Notes: generated by a model not told the origin, from the sequence alone. A DNA stretch of 62,311 nucleotides from an uncultured Bacilli bacterium (GCA_934149325.1 CAKPEJ010000004.1:1-62311), one strand, 5' to 3'. Counted from the stretch's first letter, positions 37,324-47,140 are shown. Made by a program: numbers and translations.

Positions 37324-38517
37324 ATGCTAGAAATAAAAACAAGAGGAGAATATGATGAAATAATTTCTGATTTAAAAAAATGTATTGAATCTTATAAAAA
37401 AACATATAAAGAAGATAATATATATACACTTTTCTTAGCAAATGGTAAAAGAATACAATTTTCAATAAATGAAAATAATTTACCACATCTACTAGGTGTT
37501 AAGACTGATAATTTAATTTCAAAAAGTATGTTAAGAAGAGATAAAACATATAAAACTTTATTAAATTTTATTGAAAATAGTTATAGTATTTATATAAATA
37601 TTACAAAAGGTGTATTAAATTATTCAGATGTATTTTCTCCTTATATAAAAAATAAATTAGATGTATTTAATGATCAATTAAAAACTCCATATCCTAAAGA
37701 AATTTATTTTGTTTGTGAGTATGATAAGACAAAAAATTATACGAAAAAAGATATAGATGAGTTTACAGCAGACTATTATGTCGCACGAAAAAGAGAAAAT
37801 TGCGGCGATATAATCTTATTAGGATTAAAGAAAAGAGAAAATAATATTTATGCAGTTCAAACGAGCAGAGTTATTAAAAATGATGAAAAATATCTTGAAA
37901 ACTTAAATAATTTATTAGATGGACAAGTTGTAACTTATGTAAATACTCTAAGAGTTGAAAATTATCAAACAGGATATAGAAAAGAGACTCATTTGGGGAT
38001 TGAAGAAAAAAAAGAGGTAATAAATAATCTTATAAATATATCAAATAAAACTAATTCTATTACTAATACTATTCAAAATCATTTATTTGATATAATAAGT
38101 GTTTCAAAATGTAAAAATGAACTATTTAGTACAAAAATTTTATTATCACAATTAATTAGCGCAATGAAAAATAATGAGATATTTGATATAAGTGGAGTAG
38201 ATAGTGAAATTACAAAGATAATAGATGAAGAAATGCAAGATGTTATAAATGGATATAATAATTATATTTGTTCAGGAATTTTAAATAATGATTGCACAAA
38301 TCAAAAATACTCAGATGTAGTAAACGAAAGAGATAATTTATCAAAAGAAAAAGAAGAATTAAATGAAAAATTAAAAAAATTAGAAGAAGAAAAAAAGGAA
38401 TTGTTAGAAGAAAAAGATAATTTAGAAAAATATAAAGATTCATATGAAACTTTTACATCTAAAATATTTTCTTTAACTGATGAAGAAAAAGCTAAAAAAG
38501 AAGGTTTGATATTCTAA
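37324..38517 (+). CDS. Hypothetical protein with a C-terminal coiled coil; the N-terminus faintly resembles a BECR-fold nuclease
   Basis: RIQFSINENNLPHLLGV resembles the F..x..HL.G motif of phage BECR-type nuclease domains (weak). The C-terminus is an E/K-rich heptad region. Confidence 0.45.
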   Translation: MLEIKTRGEYDEIISDLKKCIESYKKTYKEDNIYTLFLANGKRIQFSINENNLPHLLGVKTDNLISKSMLRRDKTYKTLLNFIENSYSIYINITKGVLNYSDVFSPYIKNKLDVFNDQLKTPYPKEIYFVCEYDKTKNYTKKDIDEFTADYYVARKRENCGDIILLGLKKRENNIYAVQTSRVIKNDEKYLENLNNLLDGQVVTYVNTLRVENYQTGYRKETHLGIEEKKEVINNLINISNKTNSITNTIQNHLFDIISVSKCKNELFSTKILLSQLISAMKNNEIFDISGVDSEITKIIDEEMQDVINGYNNYICSGILNNDCTNQKYSDVVNERDNLSKEKEELNEKLKKLEEEKKELLEEKDNLEKYKDSYETFTSKIFSLTDEEKAKKEGLIF

Positions 38518-38563
38518 ATCTTTCTTTTTTTTGGTATAATTAAAATGTTAGGATAGTGATAAA

Positions 38564-41500
38564 ATGAAAAAATATAGAGTAATGGATGGAAATGAAGCAT
38601 GTGCTCATATTTCATATATGTTTACAGAAGTATCAGGTATATATCCAATAACACCGGCATCACCAATGCCAGAATATATTGATAAATGGATATTAGAAGG
38701 AAGAAAAAATATTTTCAATGATGAAGTAAAACAAGTAGAGATGCAAAGTGAAGCTGGTGCGATAGCACTTGTTCATGGTTCTTTACAAACTGGTGTACTT
38801 TCAAGTACATATACAGCAAGCCAAGGTTTATTACTTATGATACCATCAATGTACAAGATAGCAGGTGAAATGCTTCCATGTGTTATAAATGTTGCCTCAA
38901 GAACAGTTGCGACTCATGCACTTAGTATATTTGGTGATCACTCTGATATATATGCTGCTCGTTCAACAGGTTTTTCATTTATGGCATCAAGTAGTGTACA
39001 AGATGTAATGTATTTAACATTAGTTACATATTTATCTAGCATAAAAGGATCACTACCATTTGTAAACTTTTTTGATGGTTTTAGAACAAGTCATGAACTA
39101 TCTAAAATTCATACTTTAGAAATAGATGATATAAAAGATTTAATAGATACAAAAGCAATTAATAATTTTAAAAAAGAAAGTATGTTAATAAATAAAAAAA
39201 TAAAAGGAACAACTCAAAATGATGATATATACTTTCAAAATTTAGAAGCTAGAAATAAATATTATGACTCTATGAGTGATATAGTTAATGAATATATGGA
39301 AAAAATTAATGAAAAATTTGATTTAGATTATAAACCATTTAATTATTATGGTGATGAGAAAGCAGATAAAGTAATAGTTGCGATGGGATCAGTTTGTCAA
39401 AGTATAAGGGAATTAATTGATATTCTAAATGAGAAAAAAGAAAAAGTTGGATTAATAGAAGTACATTTATATAGACCTTTTTCTTCAAAATATTTCTTAA
39501 ATGTATTACCAAAATCTGTTAAAAAAATTGCTGTTTTAGATAGAGCAAAAGAAGCAGGATCAAGTGGTGAACCATTATATTTAGATGTAGTAAATATTAT
39601 AAATAAATTAAATAAAAAAATAACTGTAGTAGGTGGAAGATATGGTATATCTAGTAAAGATACAACTTTATCAGATTTATATGCTGTATATAAAAATTTA
39701 GATATGGAAGATATGATTAATTCATTTACTATAGGAATTAAAGATGATGTAACAAATAAAAGTTTAGAAAGAGTAAAAATAAAAAATAATGCTAAAAATA
39801 TTGAGATGAAAGTATATGGTTTTGGATCTGATGGAATGGTATCAGCAACTAAAGATTTAACAAAATTAGTAGGAGATAATACTAAAGGTTTTGTGCAATT
39901 ATATAATGAATATGATTCTAAAAAAAGTGGAGGACTTACCATAAGTCATTTAAGAATAGGAAAAGATGTAATAAGATCTGAATATTATATAGAAAATGAA
40001 CATATTGTTGTATGTACAAAAGAATCATATTTAGAAAAATATGATGTTCTTAATGGTATAAGGAAAAATGGAATTTTTATATTAGTTACTGATAAAAAAG
40101 GTGATGAATTAGAAAAAATTCTTCCTGATAATATAAAATATATTTTGTCTAAAAAAAATATAAATTTCTTTACAGTAGATGCTTACTCACTTTCTGAGAA
40201 AAATAATATACCTAATAAAATAAGTATGATTATGGAACTTGCTATTATAAAAATAACAAAAGTTTTATCACAAGCACTTGCGCTTACAAAAATGAAAGAA
40301 AGTATTAAAAATCATTTTACTAAAAAAGGTGAAGAAATAGTTAATAATAATATTAATGCTATAGAAAATGTTGATGAATATATTAATAAAGTAGAAGTAA
40401 AATCTGAATGGAGTTCAATAATATTAAAAGATAAAAAATATAAAGGAATAATTGATAATATAGAACATTTTAAAGGAAATGAACTTTCTGTAAAAGAATT
40501 TTTAAGTCATAAAGATGGAAGTTTTCCACTTGATACATCTAAATTAGAAAAAAGAGATGTTTCAGAGTATGTTCCAGTGTGGAAGAGTGAATCATGTATA
40601 CAATGTAATAAGTGCTCTATAGTATGTCCACATGGCGTTATTACACCTAAAATATTAACAGATAAGGAAGCTAATTTAAATAAAGATTTGATTGTTACAG
40701 ATCTTCTTGGTAAAGAAGGATATAAATATGCTTTAGAAATTAATTATGATAATTGTACAGGTTGTGGAGTGTGTGCAAATACTTGTGTTGGTAAAAGAGG
40801 TAGTAAGGCATTAGAAATGATAAAGAAAACACTTGCTAGTAGAGTAAATGAAAAGATAAATGTAGAATATAAAAATCTATTTGATGAATCTACTATAAAA
40901 GGAATAGGTTTTGTAGAACCATTATTTAAATATTCAGGAGCATGTGCTGGATGTGGTCAAACGCCATATATTAAATTATTAACACAAGTTCATAAAGATG
41001 GAATAATAATCGCAAATGCAACAGGATGCTCTTCTATATATGGTGGAAGTATGCCAGTGACACCTTATAATGTTTCTTGGTCAAATTCATTATTTGAAGA
41101 TAATGCAGAATATGGGCTTGGTATGAGAATGACTATAAAATTGATGCAAGAAAAAATAGAAAAAATAATGCTTGAAAATATGGATAGAGTAAGTAATCAA
41201 AATAAGGAACTATTTAAAAAGTGGTTAGATAATAAAGATAATTATAATGTTACAAAGGAAATAAAAGAAAAAATAGATTATACAGAAGTTCCAAAACTTA
41301 AAAATTTGAAAGAATATATAGATTCAAAAAGTGTATGGATAATAGGTGGCGATGGATGGAGTTATGATATTGGTTTCTCTGGTATAGACCATGTAATGTC
41401 ATCAGGAGAAAATGTTAATATATTAGTTCTTGATACAGAAGTATATTCAAATACTGGAGGTCAAGCAAGTAAATCAACAGAAAAAGGTGCTGTAGCTAAA

Positions 41501-41953
41501 TTTAGTTTATCAGGTAAAAAGACATCTAAAAAAGATTTAGCTAAAATGATGATGAATTATGAAAATGTATATGTAGCGCATATTAGTTTAGGTGCTAATA
41601 TACTTCAAGCGTTAAAAACATTAAAAGAGGCAAAAGAACATGATGGTCCATCATTAATAATAGCTTATTCACCTTGCATTAGTCATGGAATAAAGGCAGG
41701 TATGAAAAATATGATAGAAGAAGAAAAACTTGCTGTACAATCTGGATATTTTCCATTATTTAGATATAATGGTAAAGAATTTAATTTAGATTATAAAGAA
41801 CCAGATTTTGATCTATATGATTTATTCTTAGAAGGTGAAAATAGATATTCAATGATTAAGGCTGTTAATAGTGATTTAGCTAAGAAATTATTAGAAGAAA
41901 ATAAAGAAGAAGCTAAGAAAAGATTTGAATACTATAAAAGTTTAAGTAATTAA
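38564..41953 (+). CDS. nifJ: Pyruvate:ferredoxin (flavodoxin) oxidoreductase
   Basis: Two 4Fe-4S motifs CIQCNKCSIVCPHG and CTGCGVCANTC, plus the TPP domain GGDGWSYDIGFSG. Confidence 0.93.
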   Translation: MKKYRVMDGNEACAHISYMFTEVSGIYPITPASPMPEYIDKWILEGRKNIFNDEVKQVEMQSEAGAIALVHGSLQTGVLSSTYTASQGLLLMIPSMYKIAGEMLPCVINVASRTVATHALSIFGDHSDIYAARSTGFSFMASSSVQDVMYLTLVTYLSSIKGSLPFVNFFDGFRTSHELSKIHTLEIDDIKDLIDTKAINNFKKESMLINKKIKGTTQNDDIYFQNLEARNKYYDSMSDIVNEYMEKINEKFDLDYKPFNYYGDEKADKVIVAMGSVCQSIRELIDILNEKKEKVGLIEVHLYRPFSSKYFLNVLPKSVKKIAVLDRAKEAGSSGEPLYLDVVNIINKLNKKITVVGGRYGISSKDTTLSDLYAVYKNLDMEDMINSFTIGIKDDVTNKSLERVKIKNNAKNIEMKVYGFGSDGMVSATKDLTKLVGDNTKGFVQLYNEYDSKKSGGLTISHLRIGKDVIRSEYYIENEHIVVCTKESYLEKYDVLNGIRKNGIFILVTDKKGDELEKILPDNIKYILSKKNINFFTVDAYSLSEKNNIPNKISMIMELAIIKITKVLSQALALTKMKESIKNHFTKKGEEIVNNNINAIENVDEYINKVEVKSEWSSIILKDKKYKGIIDNIEHFKGNELSVKEFLSHKDGSFPLDTSKLEKRDVSEYVPVWKSESCIQCNKCSIVCPHGVITPKILTDKEANLNKDLIVTDLLGKEGYKYALEINYDNCTGCGVCANTCVGKRGSKALEMIKKTLASRVNEKINVEYKNLFDESTIKGIGFVEPLFKYSGACAGCGQTPYIKLLTQVHKDGIIIANATGCSSIYGGSMPVTPYNVSWSNSLFEDNAEYGLGMRMTIKLMQEKIEKIMLENMDRVSNQNKELFKKWLDNKDNYNVTKEIKEKIDYTEVPKLKNLKEYIDSKSVWIIGGDGWSYDIGFSGIDHVMSSGENVNILVLDTEVYSNTGGQASKSTEKGAVAKFSLSGKKTSKKDLAKMMMNYENVYVAHISLGANILQALKTLKEAKEHDGPSLIIAYSPCISHGIKAGMKNMIEEEKLAVQSGYFPLFRYNGKEFNLDYKEPDFDLYDLFLEGENRYSMIKAVNSDLAKKLLEENKEEAKKRFEYYKSLSN

Positions 41954-41980
41954 GTTAATAAAACTTCAATATATAACATA

Positions 41981-42017
41981 AAAGAAGTGGATAAAATAAC
42001 CACTTCTTTATATTTTT
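41981..42017 (+). terminator. Rho-independent terminator after PFOR
   Basis: AAAGAAGTGG / CCACTTCTTT stem plus a T-rich tail. Confidence 0.75.
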
Positions 42018-42021
42018 AGAT

Positions 42022-42123
42022 AAAAAAAGAAACTGCCCCCCTGAAGAACAGTTTCGTAAAAAAGAATAAAAAGGGGTTGGCTAGTGTGATACTAGCAGCC
42101 AATTCGCCATTTGGGAATTGGTG
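42022..42123 (-). ncRNA. Candidate small RNA (minus strand) with its own promoter and terminator(s)
   Basis: On the minus strand: TTGACA (42158-42153), 17-nt spacer, TAATAT (42135-42130). Hairpins follow: CCAATTC/GAATTGG and GCTAGT/ACTAGC, then CCCCTTTTT. The terminal hairpin GAAACTG/CAGTTTC (42055-42029) is followed by U7. Confidence 0.3.
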
Positions 42124-42218
42124 ACATATATATTACTGATAAAAGGGTGTTTTGTCAAGTACTTTTTAAAAAATATGTTATAATATTTTTAAATTAATAA
42201 AAAAAGAGGTGATTTAAT

Positions 42219-44177
42219 ATGCAAATAGATAAAATAAAAGGTGTTGGACCAAAATCTGTAATTCTACTTAATAAATTAAATATATATACTAAAGAAGATT
42301 TAGTAACATTTTATCCGTTTAGATATGAGATAATTAAAAGAACCTCTTTATATAATGATAAAGCTATAGTACCTGTAAAAATTGTTTCAACACCCGTACT
42401 AAATTACTTTAAAAAAATGAATAGATTAAGTTTTAAGGCTGAATCGGATAATAAATTAATAAATGTTGTTATATTTAATAGAGGATTTTTAAAAAATAGT
42501 TTATATGTTGGAAATGTAGTAACAATTATTGGAAAGTACGAAGAAGAAAAAAATACTTTTTTAGCATCAGATATAAAATTAGAAGATATAAATAATAAAG
42601 TAAAAATAGAGCCAATATATCATTTAGTAAAAGGTCTTACAAATAAAAGTATAAATAAATTTATTATGAATGCTTTAGATGAAGAAATAATAGATTATAT
42701 ACCAAATGAATTAATTGATAAATATAACTTTATGAGTAAAAAGGATGCTTTAAAACATATTCATTTTCCTTTTAATAATATTAAATTAAAAGAAGCTATA
42801 ATTAGATGTAAATATGAAGAATTATTTTTATTCATGCTTAAAATAGAAGCATTAAAGAGAAAAAATAATGAATATAATATTGGATATTCAAAAAATATAG
42901 ATAAAGATAAGATAAATGAATTTATAAATAGTTTAAGTTTTAGTCTTACTAATGATCAATTAAAAGTATTAGATGAAATATATAGTGATTTAGAAAGCGA
43001 AAAAAGAATGAATAGATTAATAGAAGGTGATGTTGGTTCAGGTAAAACAATAATATCAATGATTAGTATGTATATATTATATTTGAATAATTATCAAAGT
43101 GCTTTAATGGCACCTACTGAAATACTTGCAAAACAACATTATGAAAATGCTGTTAAATTATTTGAAAATTATGATATTAATATTTGCTTACTTATTGGTA
43201 GTATGACTAAAAAAGAAAAAGAAAGTATAAAAAAGAAAATAGAAGATGGGTATTATAATATAATTATAGGTACACATACTTTAGTGCAAGATGATATTAA
43301 TTATAATAATTTAGGTCTTGTAATAACAGATGAGCAACATAGATTTGGTGTTAATCAAAGAAATAATTTAAGAACAAAAGGAAATATGCCAGATGTACTT
43401 TATATGAGCGCAACACCAATACCTAGGACATATGCTTTAACTATATATGGTGATATGGATATATCTATAATTAAAGAAGTTCCAAAAGGTAGAAAAAAGG
43501 TTATTACCAAAGTAAAAAATAATAGTGAAATAAAAGATGTTTTAAAAAGTATTAATAATGAGTTAAAACTTGGTCATCAAATATATGTAGTATCTCCTTT
43601 AATAGAAAATGCAGTAGATGATAAAGAAGATATAGATAAGTTATATAAAAAATTTATTCTTGCTTTTAAAAATTATAATATAGGTATATTACATGGAAAA
43701 ATGTCTTCAAAAGAAAAAGATGAAGTAATGAATGATTTTACAAATAAAAAAATAGATATATTAATAAGTACAACTGTAATAGAAGTTGGTGTTGATGTAT
43801 ATAACGCTACCATGATAGTTATATTTGATTCATATAATTTTGGACTTGCAACACTTCATCAGTTAAGAGGTAGAGTAGGAAGAAATGATTTTCAGTCATA
43901 TTGTATTTTAGTAACAGATAGACAAACCGAAAGATTAAAAATAATGGAAAATACTACAGATGGGTTTGTTCTTGCAGAAGAAGATTTTAAATTAAGAGGC
44001 TATGGTGATTTATTTGGTACTAAACAAAGTGGTGATATGACATTTAAACTAGCTAATTTAACTAAAGATTATAAAATGCTTTTAGAAGTAAAAAAAGATG
44101 TTAGTTATATTTTAGATAATATTAATGATTATGATATGTTAAAAGGTATATTAAAAAATTCTATAAATATGGATTAA
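42219..44177 (+). CDS. recG: ATP-dependent DNA helicase RecG
   Basis: Wedge/OB N-terminus, GDVGSGKT, TDEQHRFG, and QLRGRVGR. Confidence 0.93.
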   Translation: MQIDKIKGVGPKSVILLNKLNIYTKEDLVTFYPFRYEIIKRTSLYNDKAIVPVKIVSTPVLNYFKKMNRLSFKAESDNKLINVVIFNRGFLKNSLYVGNVVTIIGKYEEEKNTFLASDIKLEDINNKVKIEPIYHLVKGLTNKSINKFIMNALDEEIIDYIPNELIDKYNFMSKKDALKHIHFPFNNIKLKEAIIRCKYEELFLFMLKIEALKRKNNEYNIGYSKNIDKDKINEFINSLSFSLTNDQLKVLDEIYSDLESEKRMNRLIEGDVGSGKTIISMISMYILYLNNYQSALMAPTEILAKQHYENAVKLFENYDINICLLIGSMTKKEKESIKKKIEDGYYNIIIGTHTLVQDDINYNNLGLVITDEQHRFGVNQRNNLRTKGNMPDVLYMSATPIPRTYALTIYGDMDISIIKEVPKGRKKVITKVKNNSEIKDVLKSINNELKLGHQIYVVSPLIENAVDDKEDIDKLYKKFILAFKNYNIGILHGKMSSKEKDEVMNDFTNKKIDILISTTVIEVGVDVYNATMIVIFDSYNFGLATLHQLRGRVGRNDFQSYCILVTDRQTERLKIMENTTDGFVLAEEDFKLRGYGDLFGTKQSGDMTFKLANLTKDYKMLLEVKKDVSYILDNINDYDMLKGILKNSINMD

Positions 44178-44183
44178 AAGTAA

Positions 44184-44212
44184 TTGACTTTTTAATTAAA
44201 ATACTTTATTAT
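44184..44212 (+). promoter_or_regulatory. Sigma-A-type promoter of the candidate sRNA
   Basis: TTGACT (44184-44189), 17-nt spacer, TATTAT (44207-44212). Confidence 0.5.
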
Positions 44213-44218
44213 TAATAT

Positions 44219-44310
44219 AGCGTGACAATCTGTCACGTAACACTTTTACGGATTATAGTGAAAGTGTAACCAAAACCCCCTGAAGAGGAATCGAAAGATT
44301 CCTCATTTTT
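44219..44310 (+). ncRNA. Candidate C-rich small RNA; its 3' end is the integration site of the islands
   Basis: Hairpins CGTGACA/TGTCACG (44221-44237) and ACACTTT/AAAGTGT (44240-44267). Unpaired AACCAAAACCCCCUGAA. Terminator GAGGAATC-GAAA-GATTCCTC plus a T-run (44285-44310). No ORF. Confidence 0.4.
44276..44310 (+). repeat. att-like repeat, copy 1 (attL of the IME and 3' end of the sRNA candidate)
   Basis: CCCCCTGAAGAGGAATCGAAAGATTCCTCATTTTT. Confidence 0.7.
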
Positions 44311-44378
44311 GTTTTTTGCTTGAAATTACAAGGGTTTGTTAATTTTAAATTTTATAAATTAATGCTTTCAACTACCAA

Positions 44379-45530
44379 TTAACTACCAAAATCTACCATT
44401 GTAGCATCAGTACAAGTTAGTTTATTTATGGTATTTACAGCATCATAAAGTTTATCTTTGAACATATGAGTATAAGTATCTAAAGTTTCTTCGATTGAAG
44501 CATGACCTAAGAAATCAGATACAACTGCTATATTAGTATTATTATTAATTAATAGTGATGCACAACTATGCCTAAAGTCGTGTAATCTTATTCTTTTAAT
44601 ATTAGCTTTTTTAGCAATTTCAATATTCTTATGCCTCATTTGATAGAATGTTATAGGAAGATAATTTCCAAATATAAACCATTCATCGTTAAATTCAGCA
44701 AATTGCTTTTGCTCATCATATAGCTTTTTTAAATCATTAAATAATACATTAGCAATAGGTAATATCCTATTACTTTTTTTAGTTCTTGGCTGTGTTAATT
44801 CATAATTTGTACAAGTTTCAGATCCATGTGTAACAGCTTGTTTTGTAATAGATACTGATTTATTATTCCAATTAATATCTTTCCATTGTAAGCCTCTAGC
44901 TTCACCTCTACGAAGTCCTAGATAATATAAAGTTTCATACATACATTTAATTTGTAAGTTAGGGGATTCTGATATAAATTGATTAAATTCTTCTAAAGTA
45001 TAGAAATCCATTTCTTTCTTTAAATCAGATGCTGTAGTAAAACTTTCCATTCTGCTATAAAATTTACTCATATTGAAACCATAAGTCTTAGTTGCCCAAT
45101 TAATTACAATCTTTAAGAATTTTTGAATTTCATTTTTATAACTATTTGAACAATCTACTTTCATCATTTCAGCTCTCCATCTTTGATAATGAGTAGCATC
45201 CATATCTTTTAATTTAACTTTATCAAACATTCCAATATATTTAATTCTATCTCGATAAGTCTTTAAAGTTGACCATCTTACTATATTTTTTTGAACTTCG
45301 TAATATTTTGTGTACAAATCTTTGAAGGTCATATTCATATCTCCTTCAAATACTTCAGCCATTTTTAAATATTCTTTTTCAGCACGTTTTGCTTCTGCCT
45401 CAGTTTTATATGCTTTGGAAAACTTTTTGTGTTTTTTACTATCTAAACCTGTTTCCCAAATATACCATATATATTTACGACCATCTTTAGTCCATTTGCT
45501 TTCTTCTAATAGTCTAACTGCAATTTTCAT
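44379..45530 (-). CDS. int: Site-specific tyrosine integrase
   Basis: LGLRRGEARGL (R), RLHDFRHSCASLL (H-x-x-R), FLGHASIEETLDTYTHMF (H, Y). Confidence 0.92.
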   Translation of the reverse strand: MKIAVRLLEESKWTKDGRKYIWYIWETGLDSKKHKKFSKAYKTEAEAKRAEKEYLKMAEVFEGDMNMTFKDLYTKYYEVQKNIVRWSTLKTYRDRIKYIGMFDKVKLKDMDATHYQRWRAEMMKVDCSNSYKNEIQKFLKIVINWATKTYGFNMSKFYSRMESFTTASDLKKEMDFYTLEEFNQFISESPNLQIKCMYETLYYLGLRRGEARGLQWKDINWNNKSVSITKQAVTHGSETCTNYELTQPRTKKSNRILPIANVLFNDLKKLYDEQKQFAEFNDEWFIFGNYLPITFYQMRHKNIEIAKKANIKRIRLHDFRHSCASLLINNNTNIAVVSDFLGHASIEETLDTYTHMFKDKLYDAVNTINKLTCTDATMVDFGS

Positions 45531-45618
45531 TCCTCCTTTGCTTAGATTAGACTATTCACGCACTTCAGTTGGTAGTTTACCATATTTAATTATTTTTTCC
45601 AACTGAAGTGCGATAGTT

Positions 45619-47031
45619 TTATCTTTCTATTTCAAAATCATCTTTATTTTTATGGTTTTTACTATAATAACCATAATTAATAGCATTAGCTATATTTTCA
45701 TATTCTTCTAATTTATCTTTAGATTTATCTCTACCTAAAACTTTATCTAGTGCTTTACATATCTTTTTAAGTAGAGATTTCCATTTATCAACTTCAGTTT
45801 CTAATTTAGTTTTTAAACTCTCGATATTATTACTTAGTATATTAACTAAATCATTTAATCTACCAATTTCTTGTTTTTGTTCCTTAATTATTTTATTTTT
45901 CTTTAATAATTCATTGTTATTTTTAAAAGTTTTGTTTTCTTCAGTAAGTTTAGCAATTTCCATATCTTTATTAGCGTTATCAGTACTTAAGATGATTATT
46001 TTGTGTTGTAATCCTTTTGTGTATTTAATTATCTTAAAAACATCATCATCTTTATAACCACCAAGTTTTCTTTTAGTAGAATTTAATACATTACTATAAT
46101 CACTATTATATTCGAGATTTTTAAGCCCATTTTTAGAGTTTTCAATAATCTTTAAGGTATTCTCCTTTTCTTTATTTAATTCTTCTAATTCGGCTTTTTT
46201 CTCGGCAATATCATAATCTAGTTTTGATTGATTTTCTTTATTAGAACCAACATCTCCACGATAGAGATTAAATCCTTTTTCAGTAATAAACTTATTAAAG
46301 TCATTTTGCATTTGATGAAAAGATAATTTACCACCTTTATCTTTCCAAAATTGATCACAGTTTAAAAATTTACCATTTACTTCTTCATAAACAATTTTAC
46401 CTTTATCATCACGAAGTAATTTAGGTACAATAGAGGTAGTTCCATCTTTCTTTTTTATTTCTTCTTTAACAACATTACCATTTTCATCTTTTACAAAACA
46501 TTTTCTTTTAACTTTAGTAACTACGGGAACAAAATAAGCTTGTAGGTGAGGAGTATCTTCATCATAGTGAATTTGTGATAATAAGATATTTTCTTCACCA
46601 ACATATTCTTTTAAAAACTCCATACAAGAGTCAAAAAAGTAACTTACAGCTTTTGTTATATCTCCTTTAGATTTAATATCAGGAATCATTACTGCTTGTC
46701 CTTTTTTATCTCCTGTATGATAAGTTCTACCACTATCTTTAAATTTCATTCCAAGTGATTGAAAGAATTCAGGACCACTTGTGAATGTTACACCATTTAA
46801 AAGGTTAGTGTTAGGTCTATTTTGATATTCAATATTTCTTACTTTTAAATTATTCTTAACTTCTTGATATAAATTATTTTGAGTAAGAGATACATATTCA
46901 ACATTAAATATAGTTCTATCTTTATCATAATTACCTGTACCTTTTCTATCAGTCATTTCTACACCAATATTATAAAGGTCATCTTTTTTATATTGAGTTT
47001 CAACTCGTACTACTTGTTTTCCATCATACAA
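45619..47031 (-). CDS. MobV-family (Mob/Pre) relaxase
   Basis: IHYDEDTPHLQAYFVPV matches the HxDExxPH motif of Mob_Pre relaxases. The C-terminus is a long coiled coil. Confidence 0.7.
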   Translation of the reverse strand: MYDGKQVVRVETQYKKDDLYNIGVEMTDRKGTGNYDKDRTIFNVEYVSLTQNNLYQEVKNNLKVRNIEYQNRPNTNLLNGVTFTSGPEFFQSLGMKFKDSGRTYHTGDKKGQAVMIPDIKSKGDITKAVSYFFDSCMEFLKEYVGEENILLSQIHYDEDTPHLQAYFVPVVTKVKRKCFVKDENGNVVKEEIKKKDGTTSIVPKLLRDDKGKIVYEEVNGKFLNCDQFWKDKGGKLSFHQMQNDFNKFITEKGFNLYRGDVGSNKENQSKLDYDIAEKKAELEELNKEKENTLKIIENSKNGLKNLEYNSDYSNVLNSTKRKLGGYKDDDVFKIIKYTKGLQHKIIILSTDNANKDMEIAKLTEENKTFKNNNELLKKNKIIKEQKQEIGRLNDLVNILSNNIESLKTKLETEVDKWKSLLKKICKALDKVLGRDKSKDKLEEYENIANAINYGYYSKNHKNKDDFEIER

Positions 47032-47059
47032 TATTTAATTCTCCTTTCTTTGTTTTTAG

Positions 47060-47140
47060 TATTAGAGGTCATTTATGACCTATCTCACTAGGGCATAGCC
47101 CAATCGTGAGTTTAAGGATTTCACCCTTAAAAATCCCAAA
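47060..47140. other. Candidate oriT (cluster of inverted repeats upstream of mob)
   Basis: AGGTCAT-TT-ATGACCT (47066-47081); CTCAC..GGGC-ATA-GCCC..GTGAG (47084-47110), followed by TTTAAGG; GGATTT/AAATCC (47115-47136). Confidence 0.3.

Noticed and set aside
36517-38517. Sir2 next to an unknown coiled-coil protein as a possible Sir2-based defence system
   Set aside because: The Sir2 protein is a compact canonical CobB-type deacylase, with all sirtuin motifs, a zinc ribbon and 237 aa. It is divergently transcribed from its neighbour rather than in an operon or fused to a sensor. It is more likely housekeeping.
39397-39942. 181-aa minus-strand ORF inside the PFOR gene
   Set aside because: It is antisense to a highly conserved enzyme gene and is a typical AT-rich shadow ORF.
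42036-42048. CCCCCCTGAAGAA as a fifth att site or island boundary upstream of recG
   Set aside because: Only about 12 nt match. It lacks the GAAA-loop hairpin/T-run module and sits in a hairpin loop between two core genes (PFOR, recG). It is treated as part of the candidate minus-strand sRNA.
44178-44378. A tRNA or tmRNA gene as the integration target
   Set aside because: There is no cloverleaf, no T-loop GTTCRANYC box and no CCA-type acceptor end in this interval or at the other att copies. The promoter, hairpins and terminator fit a small non-tRNA transcript instead.
45310-47091. Plus-strand ORFs 45310-45606 and 46879-47091
   Set aside because: They are antisense to the integrase and relaxase genes and have no RBS.
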